From the NCBI GenBank assembly GCA_017450585.1, contig JAFSTI010000030.1:110-64109 (forward strand): a stretch of 64,000 bases of DNA. Reading direction: 5' to 3'. A program made the translations under genes and the position numbers. The notes under the pieces were generated by a model. It searched no databases. It worked only from the letters and a program-made list of their open reading frames with translations, and was not told where the DNA came from. This DNA is from Bacteroidales bacterium (GTDB lineage: Bacteria > Bacteroidota > Bacteroidia > Bacteroidales > UBA932). Every line of letters begins with the position of its first letter. Position 1 is the stretch's first letter. Below are positions 25,196 through 35,662 of the stretch, piece after piece.

Positions 25196-26467
25196 TTATT
25201 GATTTGCAGCGTTTAAAATTACTTCTGAAAGTGTGGGGTGAGCGTGAATTACAGAGCGGAGCTGCTCAACTGTCGCATCGAAGTTCATGGCGACGGCGAC
25301 TTCTTCTATGAGGTCCGAAGCATGCTCGCCCATTATGTGACAGCCGATAATTCGTCCCGAACCATCCTCGACAAGTAGTTTGCAAAGCCCTTCCGGACGG
25401 CCCATCGCCATGGCCTTTCCATTGGCCCGGAAAGCGGACTTAAGACAGCGATATGCGATTCCGCGCTCACGGCAATCCTCTTCTGAAAGACCGACCGTCG
25501 CGACTTCCGGATCAGTGAACACGGCCGCGGGACAAATCTCCATGCGGATATTGTCCTGAAGACCGAAGATTGCACAAAGAGCCTTACGGCCATGGAAGGT
25601 GGCGGCATGGGCGAGCATGATGCCACCCGTGACATCGCCAATCGCAAATATATGCGGCACACTCGTGCGCATTGACCCGTCCACGGCAATACCGCGCGGC
25701 GAATATGACACGCCGGCCTCTTCAAGCCCCAGACCCTCGACCGAAGGACGGCGTCCGACAGCCATAAGAACCTTTTCACAGTCCACAAAGGCCTCGGCAT
25801 CATTGCAGGTATAACGCACCCGCATACCAGGCTCAATCGCGGTCACCTGAGCCCCGGTCTGAATCGTTATACCCGAACGAGAAAGCTGTTGTTTAAGCCT
25901 TTTGGCAATATCTACATCGAATCTGGGTAAAATGACGGGGCAGAATTCCAGCACGCTGACTTGCGTGCCGAGTTTAGCGAATATTGACGCAAATTCAAGC
26001 CCTATCACTCCCCCGCCTATGATGCACAGGGACTCCGGAGCGCTTTCCAAGTCCAGGATGCCGGCAGAATTCAGAACCCCATTCAAGTCAACCCCCGGAA
26101 TCGGGAGCGAGGCGCTGTGCGAGCCTGTCGCGATTATGATATAATCCGCCGTGTATTCCTCATCCCCGACAAGCACGGTGCGGGAGTCCTTGAAAACGCC
26201 GCGGCCTTCAACCACATGCACCCCAGCCCTGTCCAAAAGCTGGCTGATTCCGGAACGGAGCTGCCCGGTAACGGTGTTTTTACGATCCTGCAACTCAGAG
26301 ACAGTGCCGCCTCCGGCGACAAATACCTTCGTGGGAATGCACCCCTCATTCAGACAGACACCACCCAGAGGCCCGTCAGAAATAAGGATGACATCCGCGC
26401 CGAGCCGTGCGGCTTCACGCGCAGTTTCGTATCCGCCGGGGCCGGCACCCAAAATCAGAATCTTCAT
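25196..26467 (-). CDS. lpdA: Dihydrolipoamide dehydrogenase (glycine cleavage L protein)
   Basis: [16 protein letters not shown] disulfide, GGGVIGLE and HAHPTLSE motifs; ATGA overlap with the gcvPB stop. Confidence 0.95.
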   Translation of the reverse strand: MKILILGAGPGGYETAREAARLGADVILISDGPLGGVCLNEGCIPTKVFVAGGGTVSELQDRKNTVTGQLRSGISQLLDRAGVHVVEGRGVFKDSRTVLVGDEEYTADYIIIATGSHSASLPIPGVDLNGVLNSAGILDLESAPESLCIIGGGVIGLEFASIFAKLGTQVSVLEFCPVILPRFDVDIAKRLKQQLSRSGITIQTGAQVTAIEPGMRVRYTCNDAEAFVDCEKVLMAVGRRPSVEGLGLEEAGVSYSPRGIAVDGSMRTSVPHIFAIGDVTGGIMLAHAATFHGRKALCAIFGLQDNIRMEICPAAVFTDPEVATVGLSEEDCRERGIAYRCLKSAFRANGKAMAMGRPEGLCKLLVEDGSGRIIGCHIMGEHASDLIEEVAVAMNFDATVEQLRSVIHAHPTLSEVILNAANQ

Positions 26468-27867
26468 ATCGAGTCTTGCCATTTAAGCACCGGATGCCGT
26501 GCGGCGAGCGTCTCGTCCGGACGGCTGACCGGCGTAGTATGCGGTGCGTCGTGCAGAGTCGCAGGGTTCTCAGCCGCCTCGGCAGCTATCTTCCTCATTA
26601 TGTCAATAAATGCGTCCAGCGTTTCACGGGACTCGGTTTCAGTCGGCTCAATCATGATTGCCTGGTGGAAGAGCAGCGGGAAGTAGATGGTCGGGGCGTG
26701 GTAGCCATAATCCAGCAGCCGTTTGGCTACATCCAGAGTGGTGGCGCCCTTCACATCGTCATGCGCTCCGTCATTGACCAGACCGTCGAAGACGAATTCG
26801 TGCTTGCAGACGGACGGGATCGGCAGTTTGTACACGTCCTTGAGCGATTCCTTTATATAATTGGCCCCAAGTACGGACAATTTCCCCGCGAGCCGTATGT
26901 TCTGCCGCCCGAGGCTGAGGATGTACGCGTAGGCGCGAAGCATCACGCCGAAATTGCCATGAAAACCTGAGACTTTCAGGCTTGTGGCAATATCAGCGAG
27001 CGCGGCCTTTACACCGACAGGGCCGGAACCGGGGCCGCCGCCTCCGTGCGGAGTGCTGAAGGTCTTGTGCAGGTTCAGGTGCATAATGTCGAAGCCCATG
27101 TCGCCGGGACGTACCATGCCCAGGAGCGGGTTCATATTGGCCCCGTCATAATAGAGCAGGCCGCCGCAACCGTGCACAAGCTCCGCAATCTCCCCGATCT
27201 GACGCTCGAAAAGGCCCAGAGTGTTGGGATTTGTCATCATGATTCCGGCAATATCATCGCCGAGCAGCGGGCGCAGCGATTCGACATCCACCAGCCCGTC
27301 CGGACCGGATTTTACTTCCACGACTTGCAGGCCGCAAACAGCCGCGGAGGCCGGATTGGTACCGTGTGCGCTGTCAGGGACAATAACCTTGGTCCGGCCG
27401 GTATCGCCGCGCCTCAGATGATACTCGCGCATCACCATCAGGCCGGTAAGTTCGCCATGTGCGCCGGCGCAGGGCAGGAACGTGAAATGATCCATACCGG
27501 TAATCGCGCAGAGAGCATGGTCGAGACCGTCGATTATCTCATTTATGCCGGGGATGTCTTCTTGAAGCGGGTGGACGGCGGAAAACGCCGGCATTGCCGC
27601 AATCTCCTCATTAATCTTGGGGTTATACTTCATCGTACAGCTGCCCAGCGGGTAGAAACCCGTATCCACGCCAAAGTTCATCTGGCTGAGGGCAGTGTAA
27701 TGACGTACGACATCAGGTTCGCTGACTTCAGGAAGGCAGGTATCGCTTTCGCGACGCAGCCCTGCCGGAATGGCGGACAGTGCGTCTTTTGAAGCGGGCT
27801 CCGGAAGAGAATAACCGGTCCTGCCAGGTTTCGACAGCTCGAATATCAGTTTATCGTAGTACTTCAT
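26464..27867 (-). CDS. gcvPB: Glycine dehydrogenase (decarboxylating) subunit 2
   Basis: [21 protein letters not shown] and [18 protein letters not shown] (PLP lysine) motifs. Confidence 0.96.
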   Translation of the reverse strand: MKYYDKLIFELSKPGRTGYSLPEPASKDALSAIPAGLRRESDTCLPEVSEPDVVRHYTALSQMNFGVDTGFYPLGSCTMKYNPKINEEIAAMPAFSAVHPLQEDIPGINEIIDGLDHALCAITGMDHFTFLPCAGAHGELTGLMVMREYHLRRGDTGRTKVIVPDSAHGTNPASAAVCGLQVVEVKSGPDGLVDVESLRPLLGDDIAGIMMTNPNTLGLFERQIGEIAELVHGCGGLLYYDGANMNPLLGMVRPGDMGFDIMHLNLHKTFSTPHGGGGPGSGPVGVKAALADIATSLKVSGFHGNFGVMLRAYAYILSLGRQNIRLAGKLSVLGANYIKESLKDVYKLPIPSVCKHEFVFDGLVNDGAHDDVKGATTLDVAKRLLDYGYHAPTIYFPLLFHQAIMIEPTETESRETLDAFIDIMRKIAAEAAENPATLHDAPHTTPVSRPDETLAARHPVLKWQDSI

Positions 27868-29195
27868 AAAGCAGCCCTCCTGACAGTTTCCACCAGTGCG
27901 TCGATTTCTGCACGGGTGCGTTTTTCGGTGACACAGAAGGAGACGTATCCTTCCTCGGTAAGCAGAGCGCCGAAGAATCCGGCGTCAGAGAGTGTCTGCT
28001 GGAGTTTCTTCACATCGCAGAGCGGCCTGAGCACAAATTCCTTGAGGAAAGGTGCCTTGAAGGCCGTCTCGAATTTGCCGGTAGCCAAAAGGCCATCGTA
28101 CAATGCATGGGCTCCTTCGCAACTCAGTTCGTTTACACGCTTTAAGCCTTCGGGGCCCATCAAGGCCATATATACCGTGACCCAAAGCGCCATGAGTGAT
28201 TCGTTAGAGCAAATGTTCGATGTCGCCTTTTCGCGGCGGATATGCTGTTCACGGGCCTGAAGAGTAAGCACGAATGCCCGGCGTCCATCTTTGTCCACAG
28301 TCTGCCCGACTATACGCCCGGGAAGCTTGCGCATATAATCGTTCCTGCATGCCATGAATCCGGCATAGGGACCGCCGTAGCAGAGCGGAATACCCAGACT
28401 CTGGCAGTCACCCACCGCTATATCCGCGCCCCACTCACCGGGAGTTTTCAGGACTGCGAGCGCTGAAGGATCGCAATATACGGTCAATAACGCACCGGCG
28501 TCATGCAGAGCTGCAGCGAAGCCGTCCAGGTCTTCGATGATGCCGAAACGATTGACAGAAGGCACAATTGCCCCCGCAACATCTCCATCCTCCAAAAGCC
28601 TGCGCATATCCGCGAAGTCTGTCCGTCCGTCCTTGCATGCGATGAGCTTGATAACCGTTCCGGAATACTTTGCATATGTGGCAATAACTTCTCTCACATT
28701 GGGAAGCAAAGCCTGCGAGACCAGAACGGTATTGCGGCCGCGGGTGGCGGAGATACACATTCTCACCGCTTCGGCCGCAGCGGTAGGGCCGTCATACATC
28801 GAGGCATTGGAGACATCCATTCCGGTAAGGGAACAGATCAGACTCTGATATTCAAATATATAGCGGAGAGTACCTTGAGATATTTCGCACTGGTAAGGGG
28901 TATAGGAGGTAAGGAATTCGGAGCGGGATGTAATATAAGGAATTACCGACGGGGTATAATGATCGTAGGCTCCCGCGCCGGCAAAGACCGTCTTACGGGG
29001 AGTGAGCGAGGCCATCCTGTCGAAGAAATCCCGAATCTGCTGCTCGCTCATCGCATCGGGCAGATCGTATTCCTTATCATATATAAAAGAACCGGGGACA
29101 TCAGAGTATAGGTCGTCCAGAGAGGATACGCCTATACGGTCCAACATCGCCCGGATATCTTCCTCCGTGTGGGGGAAATACTGGAATCCGGCCAT
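27864..29195 (-). CDS. gcvPA: Glycine dehydrogenase (decarboxylating) subunit 1
   Basis: [20 protein letters not shown] and [17 protein letters not shown] motifs; start at ATG 29195. Confidence 0.96.
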   Translation of the reverse strand: MAGFQYFPHTEEDIRAMLDRIGVSSLDDLYSDVPGSFIYDKEYDLPDAMSEQQIRDFFDRMASLTPRKTVFAGAGAYDHYTPSVIPYITSRSEFLTSYTPYQCEISQGTLRYIFEYQSLICSLTGMDVSNASMYDGPTAAAEAVRMCISATRGRNTVLVSQALLPNVREVIATYAKYSGTVIKLIACKDGRTDFADMRRLLEDGDVAGAIVPSVNRFGIIEDLDGFAAALHDAGALLTVYCDPSALAVLKTPGEWGADIAVGDCQSLGIPLCYGGPYAGFMACRNDYMRKLPGRIVGQTVDKDGRRAFVLTLQAREQHIRREKATSNICSNESLMALWVTVYMALMGPEGLKRVNELSCEGAHALYDGLLATGKFETAFKAPFLKEFVLRPLCDVKKLQQTLSDAGFFGALLTEEGYVSFCVTEKRTRAEIDALVETVRRAAL

Positions 29196-29199
29196 AATT

Positions 29200-29580
29200 C
29201 TATTTGCTGGTGGCTGCCTGGTATGCGGCGGCATCCATCAGGGCGTCAAGCTCCGAGGGGTCGCTCATTTCCAATTTTATAATCCAACTTCCAAAAGGAT
29301 CCGAATTGATATTCTCAGGGGCATCCTCAAGTGTCTCATTCACCTCTATAACCTTCCCGGAAACAGGGCAGTACAGGTCGGACGATGCTTTAACGCTTTC
29401 CAGCGCACCGAACTCATCGCCGGCGGCGAACTCGTCGCCAACCATAGGCATGTCCAGGTATGTAATATCTCCCATCTCTTCCTGAGCGAAGTCGGACACT
29501 CCGACCACAGCCACGTTACCTTCTGCCTTTACCCATTCATGAGACTCACTGTAGCGGAGTCCTTCAATGATTTTTGCCAT
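29200..29580 (-). CDS. gcvH: Glycine cleavage system H protein
   Basis: YSESHEWV and LESVKASSD (lipoyl Lys) motifs. Confidence 0.97.
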   Translation of the reverse strand: MAKIIEGLRYSESHEWVKAEGNVAVVGVSDFAQEEMGDITYLDMPMVGDEFAAGDEFGALESVKASSDLYCPVSGKVIEVNETLEDAPENINSDPFGSWIIKLEMSDPSELDALMDAAAYQAATSK

Positions 29581-29591
29581 AATTGTCTGTA

Positions 29592-30710
29592 TTATTTTTT
29601 GTAGTTAGTCTGATAAAAACGCTTGCGAACCACTTCAGCAGGGAAAACATGCCTGTGAATCCGGACTTTTAAAGCTGTGCCGAGAGCGGCGTATCGGGCG
29701 TCGACAAGTGCGAAACACAGGCTCCGGTCCAGGCTGATGGAGCGGTAGCCGGTCGTGACCGTACCGATCTGAGTTTCATCCTCAAGTTCGACCGCATAGC
29801 CGGCGCGGGGAATGGCCCGGTCAAGTACCTCGATCCCGACCAGTTTACGGTTAACGCCGTTTTCTTTCTGGGAGCGCAGAGCGTCGCAGCCGATGAAACC
29901 ATCTGTCTTATCCAGTTTACAGAACATACCCAGGCCGGCTTCTATCGGGGAAATATCATCGGCAAGTTCGTGCCCGTATAGTGGAAGTCCTGCTTCGAAA
30001 CGGAGGGTGTCCCGGCAGCCCAGGCCGCATGGCAATGCACCTGCCGCGAGCAGTTTATCCCAAAACTCACAGATAAGAGCGGGCGCGGCATAAACTTCGA
30101 AGCCATCCTCACCTGTATATCCGCTGCGGCTGACAATCACCGGAGTGCCTTCAGCCGTAACGGTGCAGAATTCATAAAAGCCAAGAGATGAGCAGGCTTC
30201 CATTCCCGGAAGGGTAAGCAGCAGACGCTCGGAATCGGGACCCTGGAGTGCGATCTGTCCCCACTTGTCGGAGCGGTCGGTAACCTTCACGTCAAATCCT
30301 TCGGTGCAGGAGAGCAGGTGAGCGTAATCTTTGGCAATATTGGCGGCATTGACCACCAGCAGCCAGTCTTCCTCGCCAGGACCTTTGTACACGATCAGGT
30401 CGTCCACTGTACCGCCATTGCCATGAAGCATCATCCCATAGATGATCTTGCCGCTTTCAAGCGACGATACATCGTTCGTAAACACATGATTTACAAACTT
30501 GCGGGCGTCAGGTCCGGAGATTGTAATTTCTCCCATGTGAGAGACGTCGAAAAGACCGGCTGCATTACGCACCGCATTGTGTTCCTCTACGATAGAAGAG
30601 TACTGTATAGGCATATCAAAGCCGGCGAACGGAGACATTTTGGCGCCCAGGCGTACGTGTCTTTCGTGCAGGCATGTGAGTTTCAATGTGTTGTCTGAAG
30701 AGTTTTCCAT
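29592..30710 (-). CDS. gcvT: Glycine cleavage system T protein (aminomethyltransferase)
   Basis: FDVSHMGE, RSGYTGEDGFE and GLGCRDTLRFEAGLPLYG motifs; ATG at 30710 preferred. Confidence 0.97.
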   Translation of the reverse strand: MENSSDNTLKLTCLHERHVRLGAKMSPFAGFDMPIQYSSIVEEHNAVRNAAGLFDVSHMGEITISGPDARKFVNHVFTNDVSSLESGKIIYGMMLHGNGGTVDDLIVYKGPGEEDWLLVVNAANIAKDYAHLLSCTEGFDVKVTDRSDKWGQIALQGPDSERLLLTLPGMEACSSLGFYEFCTVTAEGTPVIVSRSGYTGEDGFEVYAAPALICEFWDKLLAAGALPCGLGCRDTLRFEAGLPLYGHELADDISPIEAGLGMFCKLDKTDGFIGCDALRSQKENGVNRKLVGIEVLDRAIPRAGYAVELEDETQIGTVTTGYRSISLDRSLCFALVDARYAALGTALKVRIHRHVFPAEVVRKRFYQTNYKK

Positions 30711-30721
30711 AAGGGTTCTAA

Positions 30722-31342
30722 TCAATCCTTCAAATTTAGGAATAATTCCCGTAAAACCTCGTTGGTTTTCCGGTTTATCTGTAAATCTTCATCTGTGGCT
30801 CCCTGGTGCGGGGCGATCTCGCCACAGATATCCACTCCAAGTATTTTGCGTCTGGATGCAACGTCCTTGATTCTCTCGCACAGCTCGTCCAGAGTCATTT
30901 TTCCCTGGTCCCAATTGGTACGGGCATAGTCTGTGGACAGGATGTCCTTATCGATAGAAATATAGACCGGGATATCCGGAGAATCTTCCCTCCATTTCGG
31001 GAGTTTCTGAGCATAACGGACCCAGTTTCCACAGGACAGGATAGTTCCTCCGAATGCCCCTTCGCCATCATCACTGTGATTGTCGAAAAGCAGCAGTGAA
31101 AAGCGACGGGGAATCATTTCCAGGAAGAAAAGGGATGCGTAGTGGTAGTCTCCCCCGTCAATCCAGTGTATACCGTCGTATCCATACGGAGCGATCCTGG
31201 AGCGGATGATATATGAGGACACCGGGTCGCAGTAGCAGCATGTACCCTCAACATCCCTCAGCGATACGGTCTGAGGGGTGTGGAAACCCTCGGCCTCGTA
31301 AGTGCCGGTAAAATCCAGAATGAGTTGCTTATCAGGGTTCAA
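30722..31342 (-). CDS. Compact arginase/ureohydrolase-fold protein
   Basis: GGDYH, DNHSD, YISIDKD and GVDICGE metal-ligand motifs; TTG start; 206 aa. Confidence 0.75.
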   Translation of the reverse strand: MNPDKQLILDFTGTYEAEGFHTPQTVSLRDVEGTCCYCDPVSSYIIRSRIAPYGYDGIHWIDGGDYHYASLFFLEMIPRRFSLLLFDNHSDDGEGAFGGTILSCGNWVRYAQKLPKWREDSPDIPVYISIDKDILSTDYARTNWDQGKMTLDELCERIKDVASRRKILGVDICGEIAPHQGATDEDLQINRKTNEVLRELFLNLKD

Positions 31343-31388
31343 TTGGCTAAAAAATAGTTTCAGGCATTAAATATACCGAATTTTTTCA

Positions 31389-31396
31389 TATATTTG
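31389..31396 (+). promoter_or_regulatory. Bacteroidetes -7 promoter box (TATATTTG)
   Basis: Exact consensus in the only intergenic gap upstream of the long + strand operon. Confidence 0.6.
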
Positions 31397-31423
31397 CATG
31401 ATTACAAGCTAATTTTGCCCCTG

Positions 31424-31894
31424 ATGGCCGAAGAAGAAACCTATTACCCCCTGGATCCGGAGAAGGTCTATTTCTCAATGGATTACCTGACGCTGGACAC
31501 CGACGAAGGGCCTAAAACCCTTCGTATGGGGGCATGGCTTAACTATGATCCCGTCCGCATCCACAGGATGATCATCAGGGAAAAGACCCTTCATGTCGAC
31601 TCTTTCGAGGTGCTTAATCCTCTCGTTAGCAAGCTCAGATTTGCGGATCCGGACTACTACAAACGCTTCATGGGTTTGAATCTGATTATCGAGTTCCCGG
31701 GCTTCGGATCTAACGTCAAAGCCTCTATACCATTTGAAAACGATCCTATCGCATTCTACAAGTGGTGGCGCAAAGGTAAGCACGAGGACAAAGTCCACCT
31801 GTCGCTCGGAAATCAGATCAGGCTTTTCCAGAAGGTTTCCATGATGGAACCTAAGATTATGCTGAAAAAAGATCTGGATTTTCTGAAACAATAA
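31424..31894 (+). CDS. Hypothetical cytoplasmic protein (156 aa)
   Basis: Protein-like composition; 4-bp gap to GH92. Start moved to ATG 31424 because the upstream TTG lies inside the promoter box. Confidence 0.7.
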   Translation: MAEEETYYPLDPEKVYFSMDYLTLDTDEGPKTLRMGAWLNYDPVRIHRMIIREKTLHVDSFEVLNPLVSKLRFADPDYYKRFMGLNLIIEFPGFGSNVKASIPFENDPIAFYKWWRKGKHEDKVHLSLGNQIRLFQKVSMMEPKIMLKKDLDFLKQ

Positions 31895-31898
31895 TTAT

Positions 31899-34196
31899 AT
31901 GCGCAGTTTTTTCCGCCGTATCATATGCATCGCGGCAGCCCTGACAGCCCTATCACTGACAGGTAGCGCTGCTTTGCCAGACAGCCAGTCCCCTGTTGAT
32001 TACGTCAATACGCTGGTCGGGACTCTTTCCACCCACTCGTTCTCAACGGGTAACACTTATCCCGCAGTCGCCCGTCCCTGGGGCATGAATTTCTGGACTC
32101 CCCAGACCGGCCGTAACGGTGACGGCTGGCAGTATGTCTACACGGCCGGCCAGATCCGGGGCCTTAAGCAGACCCATCAGCCCAGTCCATGGATGAATGA
32201 TTACGGTGAGTTCTCAATCATGCCGGTTACCACCGGCGCCATTTTCGATGAGAATGAGCGTGCGAGCTGGTTCGGGCACAAGGCTGAGACCGCTACACCT
32301 TATTACTACGGCGTTTATCTTGCTGACCATGACACATATGCCGAGCTAACCCCTACTTCCCGGGCTGCCGCATTCAGGTTTACTTATCCGGAGCGTGAGC
32401 GTTCTTATTTGGTGGTGGATGCATATGAGCATGGCTCTTACGTAAAGATTATACCCGAACGAAATACCATTGTGGGCTATACCACCCGTAATGTCGGTGG
32501 CGTCGGCGATGATTTCCACAACTGGTTCATCATCCAGTCAGATACCCCCTTCGAATACTGCGGCACCGTTTCTGACGGAAAGCTATCCGAGGCTGCAGAA
32601 TCAAAGTGTGAGCACGCTCTGGCGCTGGTGGGATTCAAGACATCCCGAGGTCAGAAGGTGAACTTCAAGGTCGCATCGTCATTTATCAGTCTGGAACAGG
32701 CTGAATTAAACCTTCGCGAACTGGGTGACGGCGATTTCGACCGCATCAAAGAGGAAGGCCGCGCTGAGTGGAACGAGAGGCTTGGGCGGATTGAGGTAAA
32801 AGACGAGGACATTGACCATCTCCGCACTTTCTACTCCTGCCTCTACAGGAGTCTGCTATTCCCTCGCGATTTGTCAGAGATTGACGCGAAGGGACGCAGG
32901 GTGCATTATAGCCCCTATGATTCGAAAGTTCACGACGGATACCTGTATGGTGATACCGGCTTCTGGGACACATTCCGAAGCCTGTTCGCGCTGGTATATC
33001 TTTTCTATCCTGAAGAGGGCGAAAAGATGATGCAGGGTTGGGTTAATGTCTACAAGGAAAGTGGTCTGCTGCCTGAATGGTCCAGTCCCGGGCACCGCGG
33101 CTGCATGATAGGCAATAATTCCGCCTCAGTAGTCACCGAGGCATGGATGAAGGGCATCCGCGGATATGATGTGGAGACTCTCTGGGAAGCAGTGACCCAC
33201 GGAGCGCATGCAGTCCATCCTAACGTAAAGTCCACCGGCCGCTACGGCTGGGAATGGTATGACCGTCTGGGTTATGTCCCGTGTGACGTCGGCATCAACG
33301 AAAGTGCCGCCCGCACACTTGAGTATGCATATGACGACTGGTGCATATGGCGCCTGGGTACTGCGCTCGGGAAGCCTGCGGCTCAGACGGATCCTTATCT
33401 GAAATCCTGCCGCAACTACCAGTATCTGTACCGCAGCGCCGATGGCCTGATGGGCGGACGCCGTAAGGACGGATCTTTCCCCGAAGAGTTTAATAAATAC
33501 AAGTGGGGCGGCGATTTTACTGAGGGCAATAGCCTGCATTATACCTGGTCCGTCTTCCACGATATCGCCGGACTGATGAAGCTCATGGGCGGAAAGCAGA
33601 AGTTCGCCGATGCCCTTGACAATATCTTCAACGAGCCGCCGATCTTCGATGAGAGCTACTATCGCAGCGTCATCCACGAAATCCGCGAGATGCAGGTAAT
33701 GAATATGGGCAATTACGCCCATGGCAACCAGCCCATCCAGCACGTCCTCTATCTGTACGACTGGTGCGGCCAGCCATGGAAAACTCAGGAAAAGGTCCGC
33801 AAAGTGATGGAGACATTCTACTCCGATAAGATCGACGGGTATTGCGGAGATGAGGACAATGGCCAGACTTCAGCCTGGTACGTATTCTCGGCACTCGGCT
33901 TCTACCCGGTCTGCCCTGCATCAGCCGAATACGCCATCGGCACACCCCTGTTCCGCAAAGCCACCGTTCATTTCCCTTCCGGCAAAGATCTGGTCATCAC
34001 ATCGGATGCCTCATCTCCTGAAGCGTTCTACGTAAAGGGCTTGAAATTTGGCGATAAAGCGCATATTGTCAACTTCTTTACCCATGAGCAGCTGATAGGC
34101 GGCGGACAGATAGAATTTAAAATGTCCGAAGAGCCGAACACCAAGCGCGGCATCCGGAGCACTGATGCACCCTACTCACTTACGAATAACAAATAG
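31899..34196 (+). CDS. GH92 alpha-mannosidase
   Basis: Signal peptide; GNTYP...PWGMNFW, THQPSPW, WDTFR, TLEYAYDDW, FTEGN, HGNQP and GDEDNGQTSAW motifs. Confidence 0.95.
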   Translation: MRSFFRRIICIAAALTALSLTGSAALPDSQSPVDYVNTLVGTLSTHSFSTGNTYPAVARPWGMNFWTPQTGRNGDGWQYVYTAGQIRGLKQTHQPSPWMNDYGEFSIMPVTTGAIFDENERASWFGHKAETATPYYYGVYLADHDTYAELTPTSRAAAFRFTYPERERSYLVVDAYEHGSYVKIIPERNTIVGYTTRNVGGVGDDFHNWFIIQSDTPFEYCGTVSDGKLSEAAESKCEHALALVGFKTSRGQKVNFKVASSFISLEQAELNLRELGDGDFDRIKEEGRAEWNERLGRIEVKDEDIDHLRTFYSCLYRSLLFPRDLSEIDAKGRRVHYSPYDSKVHDGYLYGDTGFWDTFRSLFALVYLFYPEEGEKMMQGWVNVYKESGLLPEWSSPGHRGCMIGNNSASVVTEAWMKGIRGYDVETLWEAVTHGAHAVHPNVKSTGRYGWEWYDRLGYVPCDVGINESAARTLEYAYDDWCIWRLGTALGKPAAQTDPYLKSCRNYQYLYRSADGLMGGRRKDGSFPEEFNKYKWGGDFTEGNSLHYTWSVFHDIAGLMKLMGGKQKFADALDNIFNEPPIFDESYYRSVIHEIREMQVMNMGNYAHGNQPIQHVLYLYDWCGQPWKTQEKVRKVMETFYSDKIDGYCGDEDNGQTSAWYVFSALGFYPVCPASAEYAIGTPLFRKATVHFPSGKDLVITSDASSPEAFYVKGLKFGDKAHIVNFFTHEQLIGGGQIEFKMSEEPNTKRGIRSTDAPYSLTNNK

Positions 34197-34207
34197 TAAT
34201 CAAGCAT

Positions 34208-35653
34208 ATGAGACGAATCATTATCGCACTGGCAATCTCAGGAGCCCTTTTCGCTTCCTGCACGGCTGAGAAGCCTGACTACAATGCCTACACCTACACC
34301 TTCACCGAGCGCGAATTCAATTCGCAGCGTCCCGCACCTCAGGACAGGCTTTTCACTTCCGAGGCTGTGGAGAACAAAATTAAAGAGGTCCAGGGACTGC
34401 TTACCAATCCCCGGCTCGCATGGATGTTCGCGAACTGCTTCCCCAACACGCTGGACACTACCGTTCACTATCGCGAAGATGAGGATGGTCTTCCTGACAC
34501 TTTCGTCTATACCGGTGATATCCACGCCATGTGGCTGCGCGACAGCGGAGCACAGGTCTGGCCTTACATCCAGCTGGCAGACAGCGACATGAAGCTCCGT
34601 CATATGCTTGCAGGAGTCATCCGCAGGCAGTTTAAGTGCATTAATATTGACCCTTATGCCAATGCTTTCAACGACGGCCCTACCGGTGGCAACTGGATGT
34701 CCGATATGACCGACATGAATCCCAATGACCACGAACGCAAGTGGGAGATCGATTCGCAGTGCTACCCCATCCGTCTGGCGTATGAGTATTGGAAGCAGAC
34801 CGATGACGAGTCCGTTTTCGATGAGAACTGGACCAACGCCATCCGCAAGATACTGGATACGCTTAAGGAGCAGCAGCGTAAGGACGGTCTCGGCAGTTAC
34901 AAGTTTATGCGCCGCACCGAGCGTCAGTACGACACGAAGTGCTGCGGCGGTTATGGCAATCCTGTCAAGCCCTGCGGCCTGATTGTATCTTCTTTCCGTC
35001 CTTCCGATGACGCCACGGTCTTTGATTTCCTGATCCCTTCAAATTTCTTCGCCGTTACTTCCCTGCGCAAGGCCGCCGAGATTCTGGAGAAGGTCAATAA
35101 GGACAAGGCTACCGCCCGCGAATGCAGGGCCCTGGCAAAAGAGGTCGAGAAGGCTATCAAGAAATACGCGGTGGTGAATCACCCGAAATATGGAAAGATC
35201 TATGCTTTCGAGGTCGATGGCTTCGGCAACCGCCTGCTCATGGATGATGCAAATGTCCCCAGCCTTCTGGCACTGAGCTATCTGGGCGACGTAAAGAAGA
35301 ACGACCGTATCTACAAAAACACCCGCCGTTTCGTCCTCAGCGAGGATAATCCTTATTTCTTCAAGGGTAAGGCTGGCGAGGGTATCGGCGGTCCTCACAT
35401 CGGGTATGACATGGTGTGGCCGATGAGTATCATGATGAGGGCATTTACATCCAGCGATGATGCTGAGATTAAGATGTGCATCAATATGCTTATGGGCACT
35501 GACGCTGATACCGGTTTCATGCATGAGTCTTTCCATAAGGATAATCCTTATAAGTTTACCCGTAAGTGGTTTGCCTGGCAAAATACTCTGTTCGGTGAGC
35601 TTATCCTGAAGCTTATCGATGACGGTAAGCTTTCTTTGCTGAATTCGCTTTAG
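34208..35653 (+). CDS. GH125 exo-alpha-1,6-mannosidase, lipoprotein
   Basis: LFASC lipobox; PNTLDTT, TGDIHAMWLRDS, ERKWEIDS, MDDANVPSLL, MHESF and FTRKWFAW motifs. Confidence 0.95.
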   Translation: MRRIIIALAISGALFASCTAEKPDYNAYTYTFTEREFNSQRPAPQDRLFTSEAVENKIKEVQGLLTNPRLAWMFANCFPNTLDTTVHYREDEDGLPDTFVYTGDIHAMWLRDSGAQVWPYIQLADSDMKLRHMLAGVIRRQFKCINIDPYANAFNDGPTGGNWMSDMTDMNPNDHERKWEIDSQCYPIRLAYEYWKQTDDESVFDENWTNAIRKILDTLKEQQRKDGLGSYKFMRRTERQYDTKCCGGYGNPVKPCGLIVSSFRPSDDATVFDFLIPSNFFAVTSLRKAAEILEKVNKDKATARECRALAKEVEKAIKKYAVVNHPKYGKIYAFEVDGFGNRLLMDDANVPSLLALSYLGDVKKNDRIYKNTRRFVLSEDNPYFFKGKAGEGIGGPHIGYDMVWPMSIMMRAFTSSDDAEIKMCINMLMGTDADTGFMHESFHKDNPYKFTRKWFAWQNTLFGELILKLIDDGKLSLLNSL

Positions 35654-35662
35654 TTTTTTGGA

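Noticed and set aside
30711-30721. Glycine riboswitch before gcvT
   Set aside because: There are only 11 bp between genes, and the 31343-31423 gap is too short and AT-rich to hold one.
31343-31423. Invertible promoter or UpxY ops site for the polysaccharide operon
   Set aside because: No flanking inverted repeats, recombinase or NusG-like gene were seen.
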